A stretch of 64,000 nucleotides of DNA from Emiliania huxleyi CCMP1516 (taxonomy: Eukaryota). The DNA lies in NCBI RefSeq assembly GCF_000372725.1, contig NW_005201202.1, positions 124,001 through 188,000 of the forward strand. Direction: 5' to 3'. The notes beneath the pieces are model-generated. The model did not search any database and was not told the origin of the DNA. It saw only the letters and a program-made list of their open reading frames with translations. Positions 30,469 to 44,091 of the stretch are shown here, one piece after another. Position 1 is the stretch's first letter. Each line of letters starts with the position of its first letter. The position numbers and the translations under genes were made by a program.

Positions 30469-33400
30469 ATGGCGGCTGATCGACCAGGAATGAGAGACGA
30501 CGACCCGGAGTGCGCCTTCGCCGTTCGCATCGTCAAGCTGGAGCCGGCGCGCACGCCTCCGGTCCAAGGCCTCGACCCGACTCACAGCCCGCTGACCGGC
30601 AGGAAGATCCGGTGCGGGCTGTAGTCGTACCTGCGCTTCCGCTGATAGCACACGCTGCCGGCCGCGAATCGCCGCGACGCAGCATGCGACTTAGCGTGCC
30701 GCCTCCGGCCGCAGGCACGCGCCGGTCATGCGCGTCTTCGGTTCCACGCCGCGCGGGCAGACGGCGTGCGTGCACATGCACGAGGCGTTCCCGCACCTGC
30801 TCGTGCCCGGCCCTCACTGGCTGGCGTCGGCTCCGGACGAGCGGGTGGCGGCGTTTCGCCGGAGGGTGGCGGACAGCCTGGACGCGGCGCTGGCGCACCG
30901 CGAGGACGAGCGCGCCGCCGAGCGAGCCGCGCGGGCACAAGCCGCTCAGACGGGCGGCGGCGGCGGCGGCGGAGGCGGCGGAGGCGGAGGCGGCGGGCGG
31001 GAGAGGGCGGCACGGACGAGGGCGGTAGCAGCAGCGCCCGCCATCGGCTGTAGGCGCGCCGGCGTTGGCGGAGCGTGAGCGGGCGAGGGTGTTTGACATC
31101 GCAGTAGTGTCGAGGACCCCGTTCTACGGCTACCACGCCGAGGCGAGATCTCGCCGAGATACAGCCGAGATGTGGCCTCACGGAGGCCGTTCTACGCGCG
31201 CGCCGCCTTCTCGCGGCTCAGTGGAGGCGGATCAATCTCGGCTCATCTCGGCTCATCTCGACGCCCTTCGGCAGGCGCGCCCTTTTTTGCGTGTCGTGCT
31301 GGTCGAGACGCAAGCCAGGGGCGTGGACCAGGTGGGGAGGGGGGTGGAGGGGGGGCCGGACCGGCGTCGCCCCGGCAGAATGACGAATCTCTCCACCCCT
31401 CGGCAACTAGGTCGTCGAGGCGGCCGACCTCTTTCTCCTCGGCCTCGTGCCGCCGCTGCAGCGGGCGCAGCCGCCGCCGCATCGGTCACCGACCGCCGCG
31501 ATTCCTTCCCAGGCCACCCACCTGTCCACACACCCGCAGGCGCAGCCGTACGAGTCGCACGTCGGGTACGCGCTCAAGTTCAAGGCCGGCCTGGGGCCCT
31601 CGCTGCGGGGAGGGCCCCGTGGATAGCCGCCTCTTCCACCCCCCCCCCCCCCTCTCTCCCGTGAGCAGGTCGACCTCAACCTGCACGGCATGGACTTGCT
31701 CCGGCTGGGTGGCGCCTCTCTGCCCGCCCTGAGGCCGGGCCTGCCTCGGGCGACGGCGGCGCGCCCTCTCGCCTCTCCACTCGCCTCGCAGACTGGCGGC
31801 GGCGAGGGGAGCGGCGGCAGCGGCGGCGGCGGCGGAGGCGGCAGAGGCGGAGGCGGCGGAGGGGGAGGCGGTGGGAGCGTTGGAGGCGGGAGCGAGAGGC
31901 GGCGGAGGGAGACGGGGCTTCGAAGCGTGTGGACGGAGGGGGCGACGCACGGGGCAGAGGAGTCTCGGGTGCCCCTCGGCCAGATCTCGGGGAGGCGTGT
32001 GCTGTAGGAGGGGGAGACGCATGGCTTGTGCGTGCGGTACCTCGCGCCGCGGCTGACCTCTTGCGAGCTCGAGCTAGACGCGGCACCGGCGCAGGTCCTG
32101 CTTCGAGAGGTGCTGCGCGAGTCGCTCTCGCCCTCTTCACAGCCACAGCTGTGAGCAGGTGCTCAACGCGCGAGACGTGCTGCACGAGCCCCTCTCGTCC
32201 GCCCGCGCCGACGTGCAGATGGTGCCGCGCCCCTCCCCGACTTGTGCACTTGTCCGCCGGTGAGCTGCCAAGCCTGTCAAGCGTGGGCCCTCAGGTCTCC
32301 TCCCTCTCCAATTTGTGGAGGGACGAGCGCGACAGGTCGGGCAGCGCCACGACTCTGCACACCTCGAGGCCCGCCTCTCCACACACCTCCGCCCCTGCGA
32401 GCAGGCGGGCAGCACTCGGGCTTGCCCCGCTGCGCGGCCCCAACGGGTCCCCTCGAGGGCGGCACGCTGGCCGGCGTCCCTCCGTTGTCAACGAGCACGG
32501 ATGCACTCTTAGGACTCCCGAGGGAGGCACGCCGGCGGCCGAGGCGTCGCTGCGATGTGCTCTTCCTCCCGCACGCAGCGGTGCGGTGCGGGACCAGTTC
32601 GAGGCGGACTAGCCTGTAGTTCATTGCTAGTTGTAGTAGCAACAGCGGTGCGATGCGGGTTCGATCGAGCGCCACCTCTTCACACCTGCCTCTTCACACC
32701 TACCTCTTCACACTTGCCTCTTCACACCTGCCCGTTTCCTTCACACCTACCTGTTCACACTTGCCTGCAGGTGCTCGAGCAGATCCTCGCCGCCACCGAG
32801 GCGGACGAGGAGGAGGGAGCGGCGGGCAACGAGGACGGCGGCGGAGGGTCCGGGGACGGCTAGCGGGCCCCGGAGGGCTCGGCTCTTCTTCCCCGTGTCA
32901 CGCTGCAATGAAGTGCTGTGTGTTGGTGATCAGGCTGGGCCATGGACGGCCCCCTCTCCCCCGTCGCGTCTGCCGATGCGGCGGGAGGCCCGACCGAGCC
33001 GCCGGGAGGGCTCACCCAGCTCATCGACGCCGCGGACACGGCAGAGCTGCAGGCGAAGGTGCAGCAGGCAGGCCGCACTGATCGGTCATCTGGAGCCATC
33101 GATGCGTTGCTCATCGACAGGCGTCGCAGCTGTCCCAGCAGTCGGAGCCGCCGCAGCTGTCGCAGCCGCCGCAAGACGGCACCGCCGCGCTTCTGCGGTG
33201 TCTGGCTGCCTCTCGGCCAGGACTCGGCTAATCCGCCTCCGCGGCTGAGTCAGGCCTCGACGCGCTCTTGCGGGAGATCAACCAGGAGATGGCGGGGCGC
33301 GGAGGAGGAGGCAGGCGGGGAGGCGGCTTCTCTTCACACCGCCCGCCGCCGTGAACAGGAGAACGAGGAGGCGTACGAGGCGGGTGGCCTCTCCTCCCAG

Positions 33401-36400
33401 CCGCTGCAGCCGTCCCAGTCGCAGCAGTCTTCCCTCGGCGCGGAGGCCGACGCCGCAGGGGCATACGCCGAGGGGGAGGAGGAGGAGGAGGCGGCGGAGG
33501 AGGAGGCACTCGATACGGCGCGGCTGTGAGCAGCGTCTCTTCACACCTCCTGCCGTGAGCAGGTGGAGGAGGTGCTCGAGCTCGAGGCGGCGGCGCTCAA
33601 GGGGATGCCGCGGCGAGCGCTCGAGGCAGCCGCGGCCGCAGCCAAGGCTTGGAGCGGGCAGCTGCTCTTCACGGCCTCCTTCTGTGAAGTAGGAGCTGCG
33701 TTTGCTCCTGCTCCTAGTAAACAGCTGACACCAGTCGATGAGCCCCTGCCCCGGTGTGAGCAGGAGCTGCAGCTGCAGCTGCTCCGGCTCGGAGCAGTCA
33801 CCTCTGCGGCGGTGACGCGGCTTGGGACGGTGACGGTCGAGGCGAGCCCGTGCCTGCGCTTGTGAATGCCGCCACTTGATCAGTTGCTGTTCACCTATTG
33901 AGCTCGCGGTGGCGGTGGAGGCGAGCCCATTAGTTAGTTGCGAATGGCACGAATTGTGATGCAGCCCGGTGGCGGTGCAGGCGCGTCTTCCCGCTCTCGC
34001 GCTGCCGCGGCTCGAGGAGCAGGTCCGCGACGGTCCTCGGAGGGTGGTGGTGGCCCGGCTGGACCAGGCAGCTGAGGGAGCCATGAATCGACCCGTAGGT
34101 CCCCGCGGCGGTCTTCGGAGGTGGCGGCCGTTTGTCAGTTTAATCAAGGAGCTGTCGACCGCCCCGCTTGACAGGTGCGCGCGGTCCTCGCAGGGGCGGG
34201 CGTCTCCACCGGCGCCGATGGCATTCGCCGAGGTGCGACACTGCGCGGGGCAGTCCCCGAGACTGCGCCGCTTCTTCTTCAGGCGTGGCGCCGAGTTTCG
34301 AGGAGGAGTTGCAGGCGTCGCAGCTGGCGTCGCAGCAGCTGGCGCAGCGCCTGAGGGGGAGCGAGCCCGCCGGGGAGGGCGGCGGCGGCGCGGGCTGGGA
34401 GGGGGAGGGGGCAGGGGAGGGGGAGGGGGCAGGGGAGGGGGAGGGGGCAGGAGAGGGGGAGGGGGAGGGGGAGGGGGAGGGGGCGGGCGTGATTCCGCAG
34501 TGGGACGGCGGCGGGGACAGCCCTCAGCGGCCGGACGAGGAGAGGGAGCCGGAGGAGGAGAGGGAGCCCTCCTCCTCCGCCACCAGCGCCGCCGCCACCT
34601 CCTCGTTCGCATCCTCGGGGCCTCCGCCCTCGGCAGCGGCGACGGCGGCAGCGGCGACGGCGGCGGCGGCGACGGCGGCAGCGGCGACGGCGGCGGCGGC
34701 GACGGCGGTGGCGGCGACGGCGGCAGAGCGCTCCCCCGTTGCTGCTGCCGAGCAGCCAAGCAGCAGCTTGCTCGCGGGTCTACCGCCGGACCTGCCCGCC
34801 TTTTGCAGGGAGGCGTACCTCCGGGCGTACCGCCGCGAGTCGGGGAGCGGCAGAGGAGGCGGAGGGGGTGGCGGAGGCGGCGGGCTTGGACTGGGCGGGG
34901 ATGGGCCTGCGGTGCGGGTGTCGGGCGTGAAGCGAGTGCGCGAGGCGTCCGACACGAAGGAAGGCGGCGGTGAGGCGGAGGGGTCGGCGGAGGGCGTGGC
35001 GGAGGGGGGGACGGAGGAGGGGACGTCGATGGATGTGGAGGAGGGTGGAGCGGCGGCGGGAGAAGCCATGGAGGAGGAGGGGGCAGAGGCGGTGGCGGTG
35101 GCGGAGGCGGAGGAGGAGGAGGAGGAGGAAGAGGAGGAGTTGGAGGAGGAGGAGATAGAGGTTGGGGTGGACTCGGAGGGCGCGGCATCGGCGGCGGGGG
35201 CGGGGGCGGGGGCTGGGGCGGAGGCGGGGGCGGGCCTCTTTGACGAGTTTGCCGACGAGGAGGAGGAGGAGGGCGGTGGCGGGCAGGCGGCCGAGGAGGA
35301 GGAGCTGAGCCAAGCAGAGCTGAGCCAACTGCTCGTCGTGCAGCGCCCGCCTCCTCCGCTGTCCGCGACGCCGCCAGGGTCACCGACAGAGCGGTATGCC
35401 CCCGCCTCGCACGCCGCCTCGCACGCCGCCACGCCCGAAGGGCTGCCCGGCGGGACGGAGATCCTCCCCGGAGGCACGCTGCTAGACCCGCTGCTCGACC
35501 TCCCACGCTTCTTCGCCCCCGCCGACCAACAAGGACCGCTCACCTCGCCGGACCCCGACGGGACAGTGCCAGAGCCTCCACCTCCGCACTTCCCGCAGCC
35601 GCCGTCTCCACGCAGCGGCCCTCCGCCATATCTCGAGCCCGCACACGGCGCTCGCTCGTCGCCGCCTCCGCCGCCGCCGCCTCCGCCGCCGCCGCCACTG
35701 CCGCCGCCACCGCCTCCGTCGCTCGCGACGTCGCCGCCGGACTACCCCGACCACCCAAGGCCAGCTTCTCCAAAGTACGACGAGCGAGGCAACACGCTAG
35801 GAGATTGGACGGACTTCAAGCAGCGAGACGAGTCTGGCTTCAGCGATGAGTCGGACCCGGAGGAGCAGTCGCGGGCTGCGTCGACGGGCGTGCCTGCCAT
35901 GAGCCACGGCACCGCACCGCCGCGAGCTGGCGAGCCGACGGGGCGAGCAGCGCGAGGCGTGTGAGGAGACGCTGTTCACGCAGCCCATCTGCGAGCAGGC
36001 GGTGCCGCGGGGAGGCAGGCAGCGCGAGGGCTCAGCCGTGTGATCTCGAGGGGCTACGGCCCCCTCGCCGCCGGCTGTACGGCGCCGCAGCCTCGGGGAG
36101 GCGCGTAGCATGAAGTGCTGCCACTCGCCATGACGGGAGATGTGAATGATCGCAGGTGCTGCGGCCGAAGGAGGCGCCGCCGTCTCGAGCGGCGGTGCAG
36201 GAGACTCTCTGGCCTCGGGTGGTGCCCAAGGGCGTTTTCTACTCGAACCGCGCCGACCTCGAGGCGGACGGAGGCAGCTGCAGCGCAACGCGGTCCGGCG
36301 GACGGAGTCCGTCGCTGACGAATCACTCGCGACGGAACTTGCTCACTAGGCGCCTCGCGGGCATGCTCCATGGTCACGAATGAATCGGGGAAGAGTCATT

Positions 36401-39400
36401 GAGTGCCACTAGGCGCCTCGCGGGTCGTGCGGCACCGCGAGCATCGCTTCGGCTCTGCGGGCGCCGCCTGGCCCTGCAGACTCTTCTTTACCAGCGAGCC
36501 ATCAGCCATCAAGGTTCGTGATGCTTACCAGGCGCCGTTTCGCTCTGCCGCTTCTTCTGCGACGCGCGCGGACGCCCCGACGGCTGCCCCGCCTGCCGGC
36601 AGGAGAAGCTCTCTCACTCTCCCCTGAGCCCTCTCTNNNNNNNNNNNNNNNNNNNNNNNNNNNNNNNNNNNNNNNNNNNNNNNNNNNNNNNNNNNNNNNN
36701 NNNNNNNNNNNNNNNNNNNNNNNNNNNNNNNNNNNNGCGCGCGCAGCACCGGGGACCTGAAGCCCCTGGCGACCGCCGATCGGGTGCGAGCGAAACGAGC
36801 AGGAGATGCAGCCGCCGCGAACACGCGCGATCGGCAGGCGCGCGACCAGCGCCGCCGGCAGCGTGAGCAGCACGACCGGCGCGCAGCGCCGGCGGTCGCC
36901 AAGACCGTGCGCCCACAACGCGGCCAGTGCGGCTGCCCGGCGCACGCGGTGTGCGGCATGTGCGTCGACCAGGGCAAGCTCGCCGCGGCCGAGCAGGCGG
37001 CCATCGACCTGGAGACGCGCTTCCACGCCTCGACGAACGTCGTCATGGACCTGGAGCGGCCCGAGGACGAGACGGCGGCGCTGCTGCAGCGCTGCGTGCA
37101 CGTCTCCGACGAGACGAAGCGGCGGCTGCTGGGCGAGTGGAGCGACGAGCGCATGGCGCACGCGCTGCCGCTGCACGCATGCGCCTCGTGCGGCGTGCGC
37201 GACCCGTCGCTGACGTACACGCGGGTTGACGTGTCGGCGCTGCCGCGTACTGTGTCTGTGCGCGTAGCCGGCGGCGAAGACGAGACGCGGCACGTGTTTG
37301 AGCTCTCACCCGAGCAGTTGCGGTGTTGATCGCCGCGGGAGCCCTCTTATTTGCAGCGAGAAGCGGCGAGAGACTGCGAAGAGAGATAGGAAGAGGCAGA
37401 CTCCCTAGGGTGGGCGACGGCTAGCGCACCACACACCTCTCCTTAAAATCCCTGTGTGGTGGCGGCGTGCCGTCCTCCCATCCCTCCCTTGGGTTGTCCG
37501 TTTTCTTTATTTCTTTTTTCAGTGTATGTGGCTCTTACGTACATTCCCGTAGTATTTTTGCTTGGGCGGGCCTGATGCTGAAATTCTGCAAAAACCTGGC
37601 CGGCCCCTGCGGTGCCCCTACCTTGAGCACTTGAGCACTGGATAGGGCCGATTCCGCGTGGTACGGGACCCCTCGATCGTCTCGCCCTCCCTCACTGGTA
37701 TGTTCATTGGGGGGGGTCATAACAAACACGGTACAGGATCGAGGTGCACGCTGCCGAAGCAGTGTCGTCCCCCCTCTCCCCGACGGCGATGGCGGTGTGA
37801 CCGATCGAGCTACAAGAGGAGCTTGTTCAGCAGGATCCGGGGTAGTCAGGCGCACTACCTCACTGGGCCTGAGACCGCCGAGACGCCTCCCATCACCGTC
37901 TCGGATTCATGTGGGATCGAACCACTCCGGGATGGGCAAGCCCATCAATTTTCGTTTCGTGTTTCCCTGCACCTGCAGGCGATGGCGAGAGAGGGATGAG
38001 TGGAGCTGGGACGGAGGAGGGGAGGAGGAAGGGCGGGGGCCGGGCGGGGAGGGGGGGGGGGCTGATGTCTGACCCGCGCCTGCCCTCTCCTGTCCGCCGA
38101 CCCTTCTGCCGACCCTTCTGCCGACCCTTCTGCCGACCCGCGTCTGCCGACCCTTCTGCCGACCCTTCTGCCGGCGACCCGCGTCTGCCGACCCTTCTGC
38201 CGACCCCTCCCACGCGGGATCACGCAGCCGAAGCAGCCACTAGACATCCGTGCGCCGCTCGAACACGCCTCTGCCGAGGCTGCGAGGCGCCGTGTGAGAC
38301 ATGCCGCGTCCTCGCCCCGCTCTCACTCTCTCTGCTCTGGTCGCGCAGGCGCCTTGCCGATGACCGGCGTGTCGGGCCCGTCTGCGATGGCGACGCAGGG
38401 GCGGCGCGGCGGCGGCGCGGCGGCGGCGGAGCTGGCGTCTCTTCGGCCGCCACGCCCCAGTTGCAGTTCGCCGTCATTGACGTGTCATGAGTATGAACCA
38501 GGCGCCTCACGGCTGCCAGCATCTCTGCCTCTTCGCCTTCGAGCTGCACGTGCGCACGCGGGGCGGGATGAGGCCTGACCCAGGCCGCCCCGGCAGCGAT
38601 GCGGCGGGAGGCGCGGCTGAGACGTGCAGGCATCTGGCTCGTGCAGCCGCGAGGAGTGATAACTGATGACTGAGCAGGCGCGGCGGGCGGGTCAGCCGGC
38701 ACGTCAGCGGCGCACGGTGCCCCGGCCGGCGGCGGGGACGAGATCCTGGCGGTCGTGTACTGCGTGCAGCGGGAGGACGGCGCGTGGCCGCTTCGCGGTC
38801 GCGGAGGCGGAGGAGGCGGAGGAGGAGGCGGAAGAGGAGGCGGAGGAGGCGGCGGCGGTGCAGAGGGCGGAGACGGTGGCGGAGGCGATGGGGGCGGGTG
38901 CGGCGGCGGGTTTGAGTGGCACGACGAGCGGAGCATGCGGTGCGGCGCCACCCTTCGGCCGGACAGGTCGTCCAGTTGACGATGAATGGCTAGTCATGCC
39001 TAATCAGGTACGGCGTCATCCTTCGGTCGGACCAGGGCGGGGGAGGGCTGGGAGGCGGCGCGGCGGCGCGGCGGCGCGGCGGCGGTGGGTGAGGGTGTGA
39101 ACGGCGCCTCTTCACGCCGTGTGCTGTGAACAGGCGCGGCTGCGCGGCGGGCTGCTCGGGCGTGGCGTTGCTTGCACCGAGGCGCGCGTGGCTGGAGGGG
39201 AGGTGGGCTTGCTCAAGGCGCTCGCCGCGGCGGTGCAGCAGCACGACCCCGACATCCTACTCGCGTGGGACGTGCGGCGCGCGTCGCTCGGGTACGCGCT
39301 CGAGCGAGCCGCGGTGCTCGGGATGAGGCCTCCGCTCGTGCGGCTGCTTGGGCGGATGCCAGACTCGGACGACGGCGACGCGAGGGCGAGGCGGGACCCG

Positions 39401-42400
39401 TGGGGCGAGCAGCACGGCTCGATGGACTTGGCCCAGAGATAGCCGAGATCTAGCCGAGATCTAGCCGAGATCTAGCCGAGAGATAGCCGTGGGGCGAGCA
39501 CGGCTCGATGGACCTGGCCTGCGGCCGGTTGGTCAGAGGTGTGTGGCGGCGGCGCCTCTTCACGCCGGCGCGGGTGTGGGCCAGGTCTGCGGCCGGCTGG
39601 TGCTCAACGTGTGGCGCTCCGCGCGGGCAGAGCTCAAGCTCACCTCGTACACACTCGACAACGTCGCCGCCAAGCTGCTCGCCGCCGTGATCAGTGAAAA
39701 CACTACGATGCCGCCTGAGGAATCTATAGGTCGCCGCGAAGCTGCTCACCATTGTCGGCGCGGACGGGCGCCCTAAGCCACAGCACGCACCCGGCCCACG
39801 CCGAGGAGTGGCCAATCAGTCGTTGATTGCGAGAGCTAGGCGCCCCATGCCGCAGCGCGTGCCCGCCCACACCCACCGCTCGATGACGCTGTGGTGGGAC
39901 GAGGCGCCCGCCCATGCCGCCGCTCGCCGAGGCGGTTGGGTGGTCCTTCATCCAGGGTTGACTATCTCAATCAGGCGCCCGCCGCCGTCCCGCCGGCCGC
40001 GAGCCGGCTGGACGCCGGCCGACTGCACGTGCTGCGCCACTACGCGACCGTCCTCCGCACCACGCTGCTCGTCGTCGCCAGGCGAAAGAGAACAGATCGG
40101 TGTTTGATACCCAAACAATACCTCATCGTTCACCACGCTGCTCTTCGCCAGACTGGATAATTGGTTCATCATGCAATAGAAGGAATGGTGTGATTCATCA
40201 CGAGAGAGCTGCTCGTCGCCAGGCTGGAGGTCATCTCCCGCACCTCGGAGCACGCGCGAGTCTTCGGCACCGACTCCCTCTCCGTGCTCACAACTCAGCC
40301 ATACCTCCTGACCAATCCGCTGCCCAATCAGGCATCGACTTCCACTCTGTGCTGGTGCGAGGCTCGCAGTACCGAGTGGAGTCGATGCTGCTGCGGCTGG
40401 CCCGGACGCAAGACTACGCCCTCCCCGCCACAAACAAGGAGCAGGTGAGGGGCCAGTCAGCCATCGAGTGCCAGGCGCGCAACGCAGCACCGCTGCTTTT
40501 ACCCTCTCACATCGTCCTCACCGACTCAGCCGTCGAGTGCCCAGGCGCTCAACTTCGACCCCGAGGGCACCCTCTACTCGGACCCGGCCGCACTGCTCAG
40601 CGGGGGGCGAGAGGCGTGCGGTCGGGCGGGTGCCGATCGAGGCATGAGTTGATCGTAGGCGGCCGTGCTCGACTCTGCACGTTGTTGTCTCGTATTCGGT
40701 TGATAGGTCTATGACTGTGCCACAGGTGGCCGTGCTCGACTTTCGCTCGTTGTACCCCTCCGTCGTCTGCGCGTACAACTATTGCTACTCCACCTGCCTT
40801 GGCAAGCTCGAGGCGATACCACGGACCCTCCGGCGGGAGACGAACCCGCGCCTCGTCACACCTCTGCGCTGCGAACAGGCGATGGCGCCTACCCTCCGGA
40901 GGGAGGCGGGGCCGTCGCATAAGTTCGGATGCCTCGAGCTGCCTCCGCGTGCGCTCGCCACCCGCGACGAGGTGCACTCGTCACTACCCCTAGGACTGAT
41001 TTCGCGCTAGCAGCTGCTAGCCACTCACTGAGCTACTAGCTCTCCACCCGCAAGAGGCGCTCGGCCATCGCACATGCCTCGCACACGCCCCTCGCTAGTC
41101 AGTGAGTGACTGGTTGACCGGCGCGCCTCCGGACGGACAGGCACACGGCCCCTCGGGGCCTCGAGACGCCGGCTGGCAGCTCCGCGCCGCCCTACGTCGC
41201 GTCGGAGCCGCCGCCCCGCCCGCCGACAGCGACCAGCCCACCTCTGCCACCAACCCCTCTGCCGCCGCCTACTCTCCCGCCGCCTCCTCTCCCGCCGCCC
41301 CCTCTGCCGCCCCCTCTGCCGCTCCCTCTGCGGCGGCTGGCGGGCTTCTGCGCGGGACCTACGCCTCGCCAAACGGGCTCCTGTTTGCGCGCGCAGCGGC
41401 GCGGCCTGGCGCGTGCTGCCGCGGTGCAGCGTGCAAGACGCCGATGACATCCTTCAAGGCATCCCTGCGTGGATCAGGCGTGCTGCCGCGGCTGCTGCGC
41501 GAGATATTGGAGACGCGCTTTATGGTCAAGCGCGCGATGAAGTCGCTGCCGCCCGGGCCTGCGCTTTCACTGCACGATCCATGGGCTGTGAGTGACAGTA
41601 CTTCACCGTTGCCTCATTGCTCACAGGTCAGCGCTGCACCGCACGCTCAACGACCGGCAGCTCGGCCTCAAGCTGGTGGCCAACGTCACGTACGGGTACA
41701 CCTCCGCCTCCTTCTCCGGGCGGATGCCGAACGCTCACCTCGCAGACGCCATCGTGCAGACCGGGAGGGAGACCCTCGAGGCGGCGATCGAGATGGTGCA
41801 CCAGCGGCGCGAGTGGCGTGCGCGCGTGGTGTACGGCGACACGGACTCGATGTTTGTGCTGCTCGAGGGTCGGTCGGTCGCGGAGGCCTTCGCGGTCGGC
41901 CGCGCGATAGCCGAGGCGGTGACGGAGAGGTGCCCGCACCCGATGGAGCTCGAGCTCGAGAAGGTGTACGCCGCGAGCATGCTGCAGGCAAAGAAGCGGT
42001 ACGTCGGCCTCTCGTACGAGTCGGCCAGGCAGTACGAGCAGCACGTCGCCGGCGACGCGTCTCGCGCGCCCGCTCTCGACGTCAAGGGCCTCGAGGCGGT
42101 GCGGCGCGACGCGTGCCTCGCGACGGTCAAGGTGATGGACCGCGCGCTGCGGCTGCTCCTCACCACGAAGGACGTGTCGGCCGTCAAGAGCTACGTGCTC
42201 CGGCAGTGCGACAAGCTGTGGACGGGCCGCTTCCCGCTCATCGACTGCGTCTTCGCCACCGAGATGAAGGGCGGCGCGCAAGACACCTTCGGGTACAAGT
42301 CGGAGGGCGTGGCGCCGGGGTCCGGCCAGGCGGCCACCACGCGGCTGCGCGCTGTGTCTGGGGATGTGATCTCGGGCTGACCTCGGCTGTGTCTCGTGGT

Positions 42401-43416
42401 CAGGTTGCGATCCGCAGGCAGAGAATCGACCCGCGCGACGCGGCGGAGATGGGGGAGCGGGTGTGCACCTCGGGGCGGGCGAGTCGACTACCCGAAGATG
42501 ACCCGAGATGAGGCGAGATTGCCCGAGAGTAGGTGCCGTTCGTGGTGGTCGAGTCGGCCCAGTTCGGCGTCGCCGCGTCGTCGACCAAGGCATTGCAGCG
42601 GCCCTGCCCTTCTCACCTCGGATAATCTCGGGTGATCTCGGGTACTCGTCCGAAGGCGTTCAAACTGCGCGAGTCGGCGCGCCGCCCCGAGGAGCTGCTC
42701 CTGCACGAGCGCGGCCTCAAGATCGCGGCGCACTACTACATCTTCAAGGGCATCCTGCCCGCGCTCAACCGCATCCTCGAGCCGATCGGCGTCGACGTCT
42801 TCCGATGGCACACCCCTCCCGGAAGCGCGAGATGAGCTCGCCCAGCTCAGCCGCGGGCGTGACCCGCCGGGCGTGACCCGCAGGTACACCCTCCAGATGA
42901 AGCGCAACAACGTCCCTCTCGCGCTCGACCGAGCGGCGCCCGTCAAGGCGACCGGCCCGCGCCGGACCATGCACCAGTACTACCACTCGGAGCACTGCGT
43001 GCTGTGCGACGCCCCCGCGGCCGACGGCGCCGACCTCTGCGCCGCGTCCTTTGCCCGGCCACTGATGGACCAAGTAGTCCATGACTTGATCAGGCGCCAC
43101 CCTCTGCGCCGCGTGCCTCGGCCGGCCTGGCGACGCCGCGTTTGCCCTAGCGACGCGGCTGCGGCTGCTCGAGCAGAGGCACCAGCCGCCGACGCGCCAC
43201 TGCATGCTGCTAAGCAAGGTAACTATCATCGATTAATCGACGAACAGGCACGAGCAGACGACGCGTCACTGCATGCGCTGCACGGGCGAGCACGATCGCG
43301 ACATCCGGTGCGAGGCGATCGACTGCCCCGTGCTGTACGCGCGGCTGAGGTACGAGCGGCAGGGCCACAACGCGAGGCAGCAGCAGGCCGCCGCGGTGCG
43401 GGCGCTGCAGTGGTAA
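30469..43416 (+). CDS. REV3: DNA polymerase zeta catalytic subunit; many introns; spans an assembly gap
   Basis: N-terminal FAVRIV..GLDP, RVFGSTPRGQTACVHMH, TPFYGYH. Then VRGSQYRVESMLLR. PolB motifs VLDFRSLYPS, KLVANVTYGYTSASFSGRMP, YGDTDS, KKRYVG, KGLEAVRRD. C-terminal Cys clusters CVLC..CAAC and CMRC..CEAIDCPV. Confidence 0.92.
36637..36736. other. Assembly gap (100 N)
   Basis: Run of N. Confidence 1.
36737..37329 (+). pseudogene. Cys-rich ORF fragment unlike REV3, possibly transposon (Helitron-like) derived
   Basis: Coding-like sequence with CGCPAHAVCGMC and HACASCGVRD, ending in a stop at 37329 inside the REV3 span. Confidence 0.35.
38095..38205. repeat. (CCGACCCTTCTG)n 12-bp minisatellite
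   Basis: About 8 imperfect tandem copies. Confidence 0.85.
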
Positions 43417-44091
43417 GGTCGGTTCAAGCAGGTGTGTACGTACAAGCCTCTGTTCCGCCCCCTCTGGACGCGTCCACCCTCCGTCCAATCGAGCCGTCCG
43501 CGTCCCCACTAATACATACATATAAGTGTAAGGTACGGTGTACTGACGTACACTGTGACTGTGTACTACACACTAGTGTACGTGAAAACCCGGTCTGCGG
43601 GAAGCGGATCACCCTCTATAAAAACTAATTGTTGACAAACTAAAGAGCACGGTAAAGCCGTAGCTCTCTCGCTCGACCTCTCGACGCACACGCTTGGACA
43701 GCCGCTCTACGGCTTTAAGTGCCGCTCTCGTCTCCGGTGTCCGGACTCCGCGCGCCCTCCCCGCCTCAAGCTCAACACCGGCACCCCGGCTGCTAAAGCC
43801 GCGTAGCAGCAGCTGCGCGCGCGGTCGTGCACCGGCGCTTCGCGAGCGCCGAGAGCCGCGCGAAGCGTGTAGCCTTTGCCCTTTCGCGCGCAGAACGCCC
43901 GGGAACACGTAGCGCGGCGTGCCGGCGTCGGCAGTCTGGAGACTGGAGCACACATGTGTCTCGTCTCACACCCCGTCGCAGTGGCCGCGGGCCCCGCGCG
44001 CGTGCAAAATTCTTCTAAGAGGCATGACCAGGTACCTGCCATGCCTGCCTGTGCTGCATTTATCGAATTTATCGGACCGCGCCCCTAGACT

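Noticed and set aside
33278..35506. 742-aa Pro-rich minus-strand ORF
   Set aside because: Antisense shadow of the Glu/Gly-rich low-complexity middle of REV3.
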